Assembly: GCA_044892525.1 (NCBI GenBank)
Contig: CM097885.1
Location: 36,954,001 to 37,018,000 of the forward strand
Direction: 5' to 3'
From: Schmidtea polychroa
Lineage: Eukaryota
Length of the DNA stretch: 64,000 nucleotides
Part shown: one piece after another, positions 24,562 to 37,330 of the stretch
How the letters are laid out: the number at the start of each line of letters is the position of its first letter
Numbering within the stretch: the first letter of the stretch is position 1
Translations under genes and position numbers: made by a program
The notes under the pieces: model-generated
Told to the model about the DNA's origin: nothing
Database searches by the model: none
Seen by the model: only the letters and a program-made list of their open reading frames with translations

Positions 24562-26172
24562 TTAATCAAGAAGGTTTAGTAAACCCTCAACGTTATTATG
24601 AGCAAATAGTTCTTTTTTTAATTGATTTTTCCATGCTTCTTCTCTTAATGTCAAAAAAAACTTAAAGAGTTGTTGAAATCTGTAAGAAAATCGGTTAAAA
24701 TTACCAATGTTGGTCACGTCAAATACTTGATTAATGATATTATCAAGCTCCACAATAAATCCTTTATAATCATTATTAAAGCGCATTAAGTTAAATAATA
24801 TATTTTTCTTTTCTTCATATTTGGACTCAAAATTGCGAGTAAATAATCTGTGGCAGTCAATAAAATTATGAAATTTCAAATATGTTTCTGTGAAAACCAT
24901 TTCCTGATTATTTGTTAAATAATCTCTGTAACTATTTTTGATATCCTCAATAAATATTGATGCTGATTCATTGGACTGGTGCTTGATGATAAATTCATTG
25001 TAAAAATTCAAAAGTGAGTTCATCAAAATTTCCAAATGAGATTTCTCACTGCGAAGTTCAGAAAAAATTCTTTTCGCAGATTCCAACATATCACGAAATA
25101 GATCCAAAAATATTTCTTGGTAATTCTGTTTTAGATATTCAACTGCAGTTTGCCTCGATTCCCGGTTGACGCACAAATTGAGATAGCAAAGTTCGTTCTC
25201 ATCAAATGGACAACTACCATGAGTAATCATAAATTTACGTGTACACAACAAACATATTTTATGATAGCAACAAGAAAATTTGAAATAAATATCTTCATCG
25301 ATTTCCTTAATGCAAATCAAGCATTTATTTGTGCTAATTTCGAAAAATTCTGATTGGATAGTTTGTTGATAAATTTTCCGATTGTTTGTCAAAAATCTAA
25401 TAATGACAAATCGCTGATATTTAAACAATTCCTGAAATTCATCGATAATATTATTGATCACTTTGATATTTTTATTGATTATTGATTTTTGATCGGTTTT
25501 GATCGAATTGAGAATCTGATAATTATTTACAGGAATGAAAAAATGATTATTCAAAATATCCGAACTTAAAATATTTTTTTGGAAAAGATTGAGGCTCTCG
25601 CTTGGTAGGCTTTCAATAATTGACAGGAACAAATTTGATCGTGTTTCCAATTTCGATTTGCCATGAGTTGATTGAGAATAGAATAAATTGAATTGGTGAT
25701 ATAATTCAGATAAACATTTCATCTCTTCATGGCCGATTAAATCATTCTTATTAAAAGATGAAACGAAGATCATTTTAATCTCTTTCCATAATCCTATGTT
25801 CTGATTGATCTCATTGTGAAATTCGATTATTGATTTAGACCAAATTTCCTCTGTGCCAACCTGGAATATTTCTGGGTTCCGGATTATTGCGTATTTATGG
25901 TATTCGAAATTTTTCATTAATAATATATTATCATTATTTAGATCGGATGACTGAATCGTTCTAACGGACTTGATAATCATTCCGTCTATTGGACAAATAC
26001 AAAATAAATCAAAGAGAATCTGATTTGAACAATTCATACAATAATAATGATAACATTCCATGAATTGCACGAAATCTTCACTTGATGATTTAGTAAAACA
26101 AATAGAACAAATTGTAGATTGGTTTTTCATAAATTGCAAATATTTACAACTATGAATAGAATATTTCAACAA
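24562..26172 (-). CDS. Intronless protein with two C3HC4-like RING fingers (putative E3 ubiquitin ligase), ~520-536 aa
   Basis: CSIC...ECYHYYCMNC...CPID and CLIC...CCYHKICLLC...CPFD, each followed by a helical region. It is a 1.6-kb uninterrupted ORF in very AT-rich DNA; the first ATG is at MKNQST. Confidence 0.8.
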   Translation of the reverse strand: MLKYSIHSCKYLQFMKNQSTICSICFTKSSSEDFVQFMECYHYYCMNCSNQILFDLFCICPIDGMIIKSVRTIQSSDLNNDNILLMKNFEYHKYAIIRNPEIFQVGTEEIWSKSIIEFHNEINQNIGLWKEIKMIFVSSFNKNDLIGHEEMKCLSELYHQFNLFYSQSTHGKSKLETRSNLFLSIIESLPSESLNLFQKNILSSDILNNHFFIPVNNYQILNSIKTDQKSIINKNIKVINNIIDEFQELFKYQRFVIIRFLTNNRKIYQQTIQSEFFEISTNKCLICIKEIDEDIYFKFSCCYHKICLLCTRKFMITHGSCPFDENELCYLNLCVNRESRQTAVEYLKQNYQEIFLDLFRDMLESAKRIFSELRSEKSHLEILMNSLLNFYNEFIIKHQSNESASIFIEDIKNSYRDYLTNNQEMVFTETYLKFHNFIDCHRLFTRNFESKYEEKKNILFNLMRFNNDYKGFIVELDNIINQVFDVTNIGNFNRFSYRFQQLFKFFLTLREEAWKNQLKKELFAHNNVEGLLNLLD

Positions 26173-26234
26173 AATTACAATGCTGTGTAATTTATTGCGG
26201 AAACATTTTTATATTAATTTACTTTTAGGAGTAT

Positions 26235-26325
26235 TATTATTATATAAGAGTAGGCAGATGTGAGTCACCAGCGCCACCATTAATTACTGCGCACTGGTTA
26301 GCAACAGAGGATCCCTTCCCTTTCG
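26235..26325 (-). promoter_or_regulatory. Candidate compact promoter of the RING gene
   Basis: TATA-like TATATAA (minus, ~26238-26246) lies next to a GC-richer island with TGAGTCA (AP-1-like) and GTTAGCAAC (RFX half-site-like). Motif matches only. Confidence 0.3.
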
Positions 26326-28791
26326 ATATTCAATGTCAAGTCATGATTATTGATTATTAAAATTTTATTGATTTTCAAGTGAAATTTTACTTTTTTGTTT
26401 TATCTCGCTATAGCGTGGGAGTTTGAGATTTTCAAAATATTATTTCCGCAAAAATATAGAAAATGACGTCACCAATATTTTTTACGGACTTCAACCTTTC
26501 CGTATCTCTTCAAGATTTTTCTGGCGAAAAATTAAAATTTTTCAAAGAGAAAAACTTGACTAAGAAAAGAATCTTTGAGATTCTTGTAGATTTTTTTTCC
26601 CAAAATATGAAAAGTTGCAAGTCATACAACTTTATTGATCACGACTTGTTCAAAATTTTATTTTTAAGTGTTAAATTTTAAGTTTATATTGTCAATTAAA
26701 ATAACTATATTGTCAATAAAAAACTTTATATTATCAAATTAGGGATTAAGTTCCTGTATCGAGCTCCCCTTCCTCTTCAAAATCGAAGTTTTTGCAGCAT
26801 TTCTGAATTTTGAAAAAATATATATGAGCAATTACTTTCCTTTTTGAGGTATTTGAAAATCTCTTTTTGTAAAAATATTCCTAATAAATAATTCCTGATT
26901 TTGTTGAACACGGAATTTTTGTATCTTTATCAGAAGTTTGTTTGATTCAAGAAATAAAGATTTTATTTTAAACTTATTATTGATTTTTTAAGTGCAATTT
27001 TGTCTATAGTCAGAGGTATTTTTGGTTATTCTTAATATAAAAACCACATTTTGTACAGAGATTTTATGCGAAAAAGATGTGTTCTTTGACGACAAACAAG
27101 ATTATTTACAAAAATTAAGGAAAATTCTTTTCGATAGACCTTTTGCATTTTTTAATGAATCTTTTTGAGAACTATGGGAACTCGATATAATTAGTCAAGA
27201 CAACTATAAACAATGAAAATGAAAAGATCGTTCTTATTTAATAAGTAAAATGGGATTGCTTTATCATGATAGTTGTCCGAAATAACATATGGATCATCTT
27301 TATCTGAATAGCTGTCAGCGACAATAGGAGAGCTTTAGCTAATCTAAGAAAATGCACTAGAGGAAGAAATCAAAAATTAAATAATTATCTCAAAGTCCCA
27401 TTAGACTGTAGATTATAAAGCGAAACAGAAATTGGAATAAGAGACACACTTTTAAAAAGGCAAAAATGTGAAAACAAAGTCGGAGACAAAACGAATTACG
27501 TAATTATTGTAAAAAATATTGTTAGATCAAAAGAAAAATTAAAGAAAAATTTTTAAGTTATTAATCGCGAATATCGGGTAATTTCAAATTAAAGCCAGAC
27601 AATGCAAGTAGATTGATTGTCTGAAAATGAAACAGTAGTTAAGTGGTTGTAAATTTCAAGTTGTATTACAGATATGCAATTTCTCCCGAAGGGTTGCAGT
27701 AAGCACTCAAAGTCACTGTTGTAATACACCTAAATCCGAAATAATAAAGTTTCTATAATCTAAAAAAAACTCGATAAAATTATACTATAGTAACATACAA
27801 ACTTACCTGTGTGCAAAAATTTAATGTTCCGAAAGCTAAAAGTTTTATTATAGGATTTGAAAAAGTGACAAAAGATAATACAAACGCAGCACACATAATA
27901 TAAAATACACGCAAATTTATTATAACTTTTTTTATTCCGAAAGTAGAAAGTCATTAACATATTGTTAACATATCATTATTTTTAATATATTAAAATTCAT
28001 GGCAGAAAAAATTTTGGATTTTCAATCGGACAACTTTTGAATGCATACACTTTTATTATAAATGAAATAAAAACTTTGAAGAAAAAATATTGTTTTAAAC
28101 GACTAGTTATTTTAAACGATTCATATTTCACATTTTAATAATTTAGAAATAAAGGTTTTTGTGAATCTTTTGCAAAGTGGATATCATGATATAACGAATA
28201 GGATTTTGGCTCTGAAAATTTTTAGTGTAATAGGAGTTTAGTCATATGTCATATTAGACGCAATTAAATTCAAATCTTCTTCAAACACTTATTAATTAAT
28301 TACAATTTTAAATTCTTTCATATTTACTGAAAATTTAAACAACTGAGGTGTGGGAATTATTAATATTGATGTAAACTATTTGGTCATAAATAAAATTAGT
28401 TAATTTTAAATAATTTAATATTATTTAATACAATATGATATAATAAAATTTAATATCGAATTTAAAATACAAATTAAACACAAGTAGTTATTTCAACTAG
28501 CTGATCACATTTATAATATTTAAACTGCATTATTTTCATATAAGAGTTTAGTAGAATATAGAGAGGACTCCAACCCACTTTCAATGTCATGAAATTTCAA
28601 GATCAAATATATGTCAATTGAGTCATTTTAATTTAATTTTAATTTATTTATTTTTCTTTAATTTAAATTATATTTAATTACTCTTATTTAATTTATTACA
28701 TTTTATTAATTAATTAATGATTTTATTTTATAAATAGTTAAACATAGATGGCAATGATTTATATGATTTAAATGATTTATATATGATTTAA

Positions 28792-29424
28792 TTGATCTTT
28801 ATTCTGTACATTAACTAAAGCCTGACAGTTTTTCAGGTAATTTGGCGTTTTAATGTAACTTGAACCTAAGTAAATAACTTGATTTTTATATAATAATGTT
28901 TAAAACTTACCAAATACAATTATTATGTCTGATAATTTAGTTAAAATCATAGTAACTTCTAATATTTTATGAATTCTCCACCCACTACTTTGTTGAGTGT
29001 ATTTCTCCAAATTTTCTTTTAATTTTTCAATTCCATCATTAATAAATGAAGATGACATTGTAATTGCTTTATTCGACAAACACCATTTTTTAATTTCACC
29101 CTCCTCTTTGATAAACTCTGCACAAAGTCCAAATTGTATTCATTTTCGATTGTACTATACAAATTAATAATTGTTAATAGTAGAAAGAGAATTACTTTTA
29201 ATGATCATACTGCTCTTCGTTTCTTCGAATCTTCTAAGATGGTGTCCGTGTGGTCGTACAAACATTAACCACCTACCTGGTGTTATGACGAGACATTCCG
29301 GACATATGAAACCCGATAAGGTAGAGTCATTTATCTTGAATTGTGATGATGTAACTGATTTACAGTTCTCAACATCTTCATGACTTTCGGCAATACAAAA
29401 TTTATATAAACTGCATCCGTTCAC
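28792..29424 (-). pseudogene. Polinton/Maverick DNA polymerase N-terminal region fragment with a 45-nt intron (28866-28910)
   Basis: NLEKYTQQSSGWRIHKILEVTMIL...IIVF-G-SSYIKTPNYLKNCQALVNVQNKDQ resembles the (G)SGW...GSYI.LP..L...A..N.QN.D block of Polinton pPolB. A GTAAGT...TTAG intron restores the frame. Confidence 0.7.
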
Positions 29425-30129
29425 TTAAAGAAAGTAATAATGAATAATAGATAGAGAATAAGTTATCACTTATATAAGTTAAATTAAAAGTTTAAATTAC
29501 GAACAATTGAAAAGTTACTGTTTATATATTACACATAAATAAATTCTGACCAATTAAAATCAAGGAAGGGGTAGGAAAAAAATAAATACATTACGTTGCG
29601 GTATTTTAAAAACACATTTTGACGCTAAAGTTGATTTATTCAAATTTTCATAACTTTTGCATCAATTTCATGATTATTTTCAACATATTCATAATTTTCA
29701 ACATATTCATAACTTTCAACATATTCATAACTTTTAATATTTTCATGATTTTCAATATTTTCATGATTGTTTTCTTCTAAATCTAAAATTATCTAAAATT
29801 TACTCGGCGTTTTTTTTATAATAAATCGAATAATTAGTATTTAAATTTTTTTTTCAAATGAAATATTCTTGTAATAATTTATGTTCTAGGTAGAATATAT
29901 TAAATGTAAATGTAAAAAAAAAATAATAATAATAATAAATAAAATTAAATAAAAATTAATTAAAAAGTAAGAAAAAAAAAGTAATAATAATAAAATATAA
30001 ATAAATAAATATAATAATATTAATTATAATTAAGATTTATTAAGATTTACACCGAAGAAAAAAAATAATTAAATAACATAAGTAATTAAAATACTTAATT
30101 AATAAAATTATAATAAAATTATAATAAAT

Positions 30130-32770
30130 TATTTCCTGAACTGCTGGATTTAAGACGTATATTCTATACAAGGAATTTATTCTGACCAGCTTATTTTAAC
30201 TCCATCTTTAAGTAAAGCATTAATAAAGTCTCTTATAGTACCAAATTGTCTTTTTACTATATCATTAGTATTACTATGATACAGACTTGAAAATATTAAC
30301 TCAATTCTTGCTGGCTTAGCTAATTCTTTAATACTATTATTTTCAAAATTCTTTCTACAATCAACATGTAATTCCTTAATTGCTCCAAATTTCAATATTC
30401 AACTATATAATGAAAATTTTAAGGTGTTTTCATACTGCTTACTAATAGGGGTTAGTAAAATGTATTTACTGTAATGATCAATTATTGCACAAATATATTT
30501 TTCTCCTTTGAACGTTTCTCTTAATGTACCGGAAACATCCATGCATATTTTCTCCATCAGTTCTGAAGCTTGAATTACTTGAGTTTTTTCTTCTAACTTT
30601 GTAGTTAGAACCTTGTTTTTTTGACATGCTTCACATATTGAAATAGTCGTTTTTATTTCATCTTGCAAATCTTCCTTGTCAAAAATTTACCAAATATATT
30701 TCGTTACTTTTTCTATTGCATAATGTGTTTCCTTTTTCATTTCTCGTCTTTTTGTTTTTGGTATCCAGATTTTGTTTTACTTCGTGTAGATAATATTTTC
30801 TTTTAATATACATTTAGTATTTCTCTTTTTACTTAATAGTTTTTATTTCTTGTATCTCTGCATTATCTCTTTGCCATTTCTCTCCATTAGTTCCAGTCAT
30901 CAATGTTAATAATCTAGTTTTCGTTCGCCGTGATTTGGAATTTTTATGATTCATCAAACATTGTAAGCATATTTCACATATCTGCATTCGAATAAGATGT
31001 ACCTTTTCTTAATTCCATTTTTTCCAAAACTACTCAAACGATTTATCCATGTTTGGAAATGGTCTGTTATAGGCTCCTTTGTCGTTAATATGAAAGTTAC
31101 TTGTTTATGATCTGTACGTAAAGAAAGCATTTACCATATAGATAATGGTTGAAGTGATGATAAAAGTGATGATGAGTCAAGAGCTCTTTTCGCGTGATAT
31201 AATATCCTCTTTTGTGGGTTTTCATTGCATGGGATCCATATACAATAAGTGTCATATCTCTGTTCAGCCATTTGTGCTAATTTACCTCTAATTCTATCAA
31301 AGCTCGCGTCTATATCTAATATGAATTCTTTCTTTAAATCCGGAAATACGAAAATTGTTGCGCTAGGATCAACGATATTTTCATTTCTTCGAAGGCTTTC
31401 TCATATTTCTTAGTCCAAATTATTTTTTTCACGATTTTTCCACACATGCTTTCTAACGCTCTTTATTTTGTTGCATATTCTTTAATAAATCTGCAATAAT
31501 AGTTACACATACCTAAAAGGCTTTCCCAATTCTTTGTAGACTTAGGCCTCTGAAAAGATTCGATAGACTTAATTTTATTCTAATCTTTCCAAATTTATTG
31601 ACGGTTAATGATGTCCCCTAAAACCTTTAGTTCGCTCTTTGATAACTCACACTTTTTCGAAGACCTTCTAATGTTTCTCAATTGTTTTCATAAAAATTAA
31701 AATATCATCTAAATACACCATGACTACTTCTTTCCATAAATATTTCATAATTTTTGTCATTAATTGTTGGAATGTATCCGTTGCAAATTCAAAAAGAATT
31801 CTAATAAAATAAAAGTTATATTTTCTCTATATTCTATGTCTGATTTCACTTGATGAAAAGCATTCCCAAGTTCTATAGAACTAAAGTATTCAGATTCAAG
31901 TAATGTATCTAGAATTTCATCTACATTCAGCACGGGAGAAGCTTGTCTTTTGGTATTCATATTAATTTGTCTAAAATCAACAGAGGTCTAATCTCTTTTT
32001 TATCATTTTTACTCATATATACTAGCGGTGTATTCCAAGGCAAATTTCATTTTCTTATGATATCATTATTTTCTTAATTTTTATTGCATCATTTATTTTG
32101 TCCACTAAATTATTAGGTTGTCTTCTGGGTTTAATTATGATTGATCCTCCTTTTGTGATAATTTTATACTCAATCAAATCAATGCATCCAATATGCCAGT
32201 TATTAGTCATGAAAACACTTTTATTGTTATTCACAACCTCTGACAGTCTTTTATTTTTGTTTAATTTTAAAATTTCCATTATTTTTTGAAGTCTCTCGTT
32301 ATCTGTAATATTTCCCCCAAATCTAGGTTCTATTTCGCATAAAACGTCTGTATATCCTTTTTCATTATGTTTCATATAGCTTAATACAATTCCAAACTTT
32401 TACTGTAATTCCACACCATCTATTTTATCTGGAACAACATTTTAAACTTTTATAAATAAAGCATGTAATTTTGGGCGCTGAATATTCTTGTATTTGTCTT
32501 CTGCACATCTAAATACTTCAGTGACATAGCTTCTTTATTAACATCAAAATCTGCAACTTTTTATCTATGATTTTAGTTCTTCTATTATTAGGCTGTGGTT
32601 CAATTTGCATAATAATTAACATTTCTCATGTTTGAATTTGATCAAAACTTGCTTCTTTCCAAATTTTTATAGCAGTTTTCCTTGTGTCCACGCAATTGAT
32701 ATCTTTGACATTGAATCATTGGACAGTTTCACTGTATGTGGCCTTTCACACCGCATGAAAAGCGCGTTAT
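30130..32770 (-). mobile_element. Heavily decayed Ty3/Gypsy retrotransposon (gag knuckle, RT, RNase H, integrase); no LTRs seen
   Basis: CFSCGVKGHI knuckle, VDEILD..L..SEYFSSIELGNAF, VYLDDIL, LDIDAS, CEACQKNK...ICMDVSG...IIDHYSKY; same family as 39375-43707. Confidence 0.9.
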
Positions 32771-32779
32771 GATTATGAT

Positions 32780-33283
32780 TGGTATAATGATTGAATGAGT
32801 CAAGCAGATAATATGTTGGTGATGAGGCTAAGTCTAAGAGATGTATTTTAACTTTGAATTATCTAATTGAAAACTGTATTGTTTCAAATTGGGATGATAT
32901 GAGAAAGAACTGGCATCATACATTTTACAATGAATTTCGAATTGCATCAAAAGACTATCAAATTCTTCTTAGCAAAATGTCACTGAATTTCAAAGCTAAC
33001 AGAGAAAATATGACTCAAATTATGTATGAAATATTCAATGATTCTGCTATGTATGTTGCTATCCAAGCATTTCTATCGCCTTATGCTTCATGATGAACTA
33101 ACGGCATTATTTTAGAATCCAGAGATTGTGAAACACATACTATGTCAATTTATGAAGGTCATGTGTTAATTCATGCAATTCGCTGAAAGAATTTGATTGG
33201 AAGAGATTTGAAAAATTATTTGATGAAAATGCTCGCAGAACGAGGTTACAGTTTTACAACTACTGCCGAAAAAAATTGTTCGA
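32780..33283 (+). pseudogene. Actin pseudogene fragment (approx. residues 45-210), intronless
   Basis: [34 protein letters not shown]...[11 protein letters not shown]...AMYVAIQA...[17 protein letters not shown], with stops. Confidence 0.95.
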
Positions 33284-34662
33284 TCCATCCACGGTGTTTC
33301 TTTGAATGTTTTCCAACGTTTAATTTTTAAAATTTAATTTAACATTAGTTTTATATTTTAAATTTTGAATATGACACAGATGAAGGTTGAAATGTCATTC
33401 GTCACCTACTGGTTTTTGCGCAAATCTTGAATATGAAAAACATCGCCGTTTCTATGTCGGTCACTAAAATGGGAAACGCCGAAGTGCTTCAGATAAAATA
33501 AACTCAAGCAGAACCAAATTAAGATTTTTGCTGATTATTTCTAGAGAGATATATTCTTGGTATAAAATATTAATATAGCAAGGTAAACAGATAAAAATAT
33601 TCAATTGTATACAATCTTGATAAACCATAAAATATGAGACGATCTATCCAAAAAATTTGAAAAATATTGAACAAGAGTGGTATGAGGATAAATAAACAAT
33701 AACTTAATAATCCTAAATATAAATTGGGAATATCAGGGAAAACGTAAATACTTCTATCGGTAATCAGAAATCTTTAAATGAGTATGGAATGGGAAGTATG
33801 TTTTGTAAAGGAGCTCATCTGCTGATTTTCACAATCACGTTATAAGTTGACAGTAACTTACTGAATATAACGATTGGAAGAAAATAAAATCATTCGATGT
33901 ATGAAATAAATCCGGAATACCGACAATACTTAATCATTATTTAACCCCCCCCCCTCTTTCACTGAGTCAATTAATATTAAGGACACATTATTATTTTGAT
34001 ACTATTTTGCTCGTTATTCCATCTTAAAATTACTTAACCTTTATTTCTTTTCAAATGATAGATCAATACTTTTAATAAATTCTTTAATCATAAAAAACAA
34101 GTTAACTCTTTATTTCATCTTGTATTAAATTTTATAAGTCCAAATATTCACGAATAATTCTATAACGGTATCGTGAGACTATTATTTCATAGTGTTATTA
34201 GTATGTATACCGTACACGCCACTATATTTCGAAAATGTATTAACAATGGGGATGTTGTTGAAAAACATTTAGTTTATAACTGTAATAACTTACACATTAT
34301 TATACAAAAAATTTTTAAAAAATATGAAATAAAAAGTTAAAGTGAAATATTTTGCTAAAATGTAAAAATTTATTAATATTATAGTATTATTTTAAAAAAA
34401 TTATAATTTTTTTATTAATAAAAACAAAAAAAATACTCTTTAAAAGATATTGATACATTATCTTAAGCTTTGTTTTGTTTTATTTCATCATTTTAAAAGT
34501 ACTCTAACAATGTACATATAATAATTTCAAATAATATATTTTTACTATTATATAACATTTACAAAATGTTTTGAATGGTGATTATAGAATAATTGTATAA
34601 ATTACATTTATTGTATAAATAATATTAGTTTATAAATGCTTAAGTTATTTTAGAATAAATTT

Positions 34663-34765
34663 ATGGATTTATATATAGAAGGTCTAACCGGAACAGTTTT
34701 TGAATTAAAAGTTTCTCCATTTGAAACTATTAAATCTGTTAAATCAAAAATTCAAAGAGCTGAAG
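34663..34765 (+). CDS. ZFAND4: AN1-type zinc finger / ubiquitin-like domain protein, coding exon 1
   Basis: MDLYIEGLTGTVFELKVSPFETIKSVKSKIQRAEG; GTAAG donor at 34766. Confidence 0.85.
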
Positions 34766-34842
34766 GTAAGGTTTTTTATTTTTAAAGCACATTTTCTGGA
34801 GATGTCGTAATGTATAAATAACTTATCAATTTGTCTCATAAG

Positions 34843-35179
34843 GAATTCCGATGAATCAACAACATCTTATATGGCAAAACAATGAATTACAAGATGAATG
34901 TAGTTTAAGAGACTATGAAATATGTTGCGGTTCGACTCTTAGATTAGTACTAGGAATGCGAGGAGGGCCAATAAATACTAGACGTGTTTTATTGTCATCT
35001 CCATCTCCTGTATTTAGCAATTGCAGTACTCCTTCATTGCATAGTGCTTGCACATCTCCTCAGCCGAGTACAGGTTCGGGTATGCTTAATGAATCATCTG
35101 AACAGATACCAAACACTCACATTACACTGCTTGTATTCAAAGAAGGTGATCAGATCAATTTCTACCGAGTTGTTGATAA
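34843..35179 (+). CDS. ZFAND4: ZFAND4-like exon 2 (rest of the ubiquitin-like domain)
   Basis: GIPMNQQHLIWQNNEL.D...L.DY.I..GSTLRLVLGMRGGPINTRRV...LLVFKEGDQINFYRVVD; AG acceptor at 34841-42, GT donor at 35180. Confidence 0.9.
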
Positions 35180-35759
35180 GTAATGAATCAATTAATTTTT
35201 ATCATTTAATTAATTCGCTGTAATTATATTTTAATTAATTAATCAAATTATGCTTAAATTAAAATTAATTATGATTTAACTGGTCAATCATTGATTGGTG
35301 CATACCAATGGCACCTTGCAATTTGCAACTTTGCCACCCGATTAATTGTTTACCAGCAAATGGAATGGAATTTATGTGCCCCAGTTAATGATTGAGCCAT
35401 GCCAGTAATCTATCACTTGATGCCGGCGTGCTGTCCACTGGGATCGATATTTCCATTGCCGCCCGTCACTCACCGATTGCTCATTCCTATCAGTTTCCAG
35501 CTCGTTCGATTATTTATTAATTCTTTTAACTTCTCCTTTCTGTTTTCCTATTCAAATCAATTATTTGCATTCCTTTCCTATATTCACATAATCCTTTGTC
35601 TTGAATATTCTATTTATCCTTCACGCTATTTTGTTGTTCTACATTTCCTTTAACTCTTCCTGCTCTTTTCTTATTTTCACAATTTTATTTATTTTTCAAT
35701 TTTCTTCTATTCTTCTTTTTCCCATTCTTTTTATTTCATTTATTCTTCATTTCTTTTTA

Positions 35760-37330
35760 TATTTATCAATTTCTTTCTATTCATTTTCTTACTATTTATC
35801 ATTTTCTTTTTTGTTATTATTTTCTATTTATCACTTTCCTTTTCATTTTCTTTCTATTTATAGTTTTCTAATTATCAATTTCTTTCCATTCATTTTCTTT
35901 TTTGTTATTATTTTCTATTTATCATTTTCTTTTTTGTTATTATTTTCTATTTATCATTTTCTTTCGATTTATCATTTTCTAATTATCAATATCTTTCCAT
36001 TCATTTTCTTTTTTGTTATTATTTTCTATTTATCATTTTCTTTTTTGTTATTATTCTCTATTTATCATTTTTTATTTATCATTTTCTTTCGATTTATCAT
36101 TTTCTATTTATCAATTTCTTTCCATTCATTTTCTTTTTTGTTATTATTTTCTATTTATCATTTTCTTTTTTGTTATTATTTTCTATTTATCATTTTTTAT
36201 TTATCATTTTCTTTCGATTTATCATTTTCTATTTATCAATTTCTTTCCATTCATTTTCTTCTTTTGTTATTATTTTCTATTTATCATTTTCTTTTTTGTT
36301 ATTATTTTCTATTTATCATTTTCTTTTTTGTTATTATTTTCTATTTATCATTTTTTATTTATCATTTTCTTTCGATTTATCATTTTCTAATTATCAATAT
36401 CTTTCCATTCATTTTCTTTTTTGTTATTATTTTCTATTTATCATTTTCTTTTTTGTTATTATTCTCTATTTATCATTTTTTATTTATCATTTTCTTTCGA
36501 TTTATCATTTTCTATTTATCAATTTCTTTCCATTCATTTTCTTTTTTGTTATTATTTTCTATTTATCATTTTCTTTTTTGTTATTATTCTCTATTTATCA
36601 TTTTTTATTTATCATTTTCTTTCGATTTATCATTTTCTATTTATCAATTTCTTTCCATTCATTTTCTTTTTTGTTATTATTTTCTATTTATCATTTTCTT
36701 TTTTGTTATTATTTTCTATTTATCACTTTCCTTTTCATTTTCTTTCTATTTATAGTTTTCTAATTATCAATTTCTTTCCATTCATTTTCTTTTTTGTTAT
36801 TATTTTCTATTTATCATTTTCTTTTTTGTTATTATTTTCTATTTATCATTTTTTATTTATCATTTTCTAATTATCAATATCTTTCCATTCATTTTCTTTT
36901 TTGTTATTATTTTCTATTTATCATTTTCTTTTTTGTTATTATTCTCTATTTATCATTTTTTATTTATCATTTTCTTTCGATTTATCATTTTCTATTTATC
37001 AATTTCTTTCCATTCATTTTCTTTTTTGTTATTATTTTCTATTTATCATTTTCTTTTTTGTTATTATTTTCTATTTATCATTTTTTATTTATCATTTTCT
37101 TTCGATTTATCATTTTCTATTTATCAATTTCTTTCCATTCATTTTCTTCTTTTGTTATTATTTTCTATTTATCATTTTCTTTTTTGTTATTATTTTCTAT
37201 TTATCATTTTTTATTTATCATTTTCTAATTATCAATATCTTTCCATTCATTTTCTTTTTTGTTATTATTTTCTATTTATCATTTTCAGTTTATCATTTTC
37301 TTTTGATTTATCATTTTCTTTTATTTATTG
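35760..37330. repeat. Complex T-rich higher-order satellite (TTTATCATTTTC-based monomers)
   Basis: Recurring TTGTTATTATTTTCTATTTATCATTTTC, TTTCGATTTATCATTTTC and TTTCCATTCATTTTC units; source of the spurious F/I/L ORFs. Confidence 0.95.

Noticed and set aside
26750..27190. Short inverted pair GTATCGAGCTCCC / GGGAACTCGATAT as MITE ends
   Set aside because: Short, imperfect, no convincing TSD.
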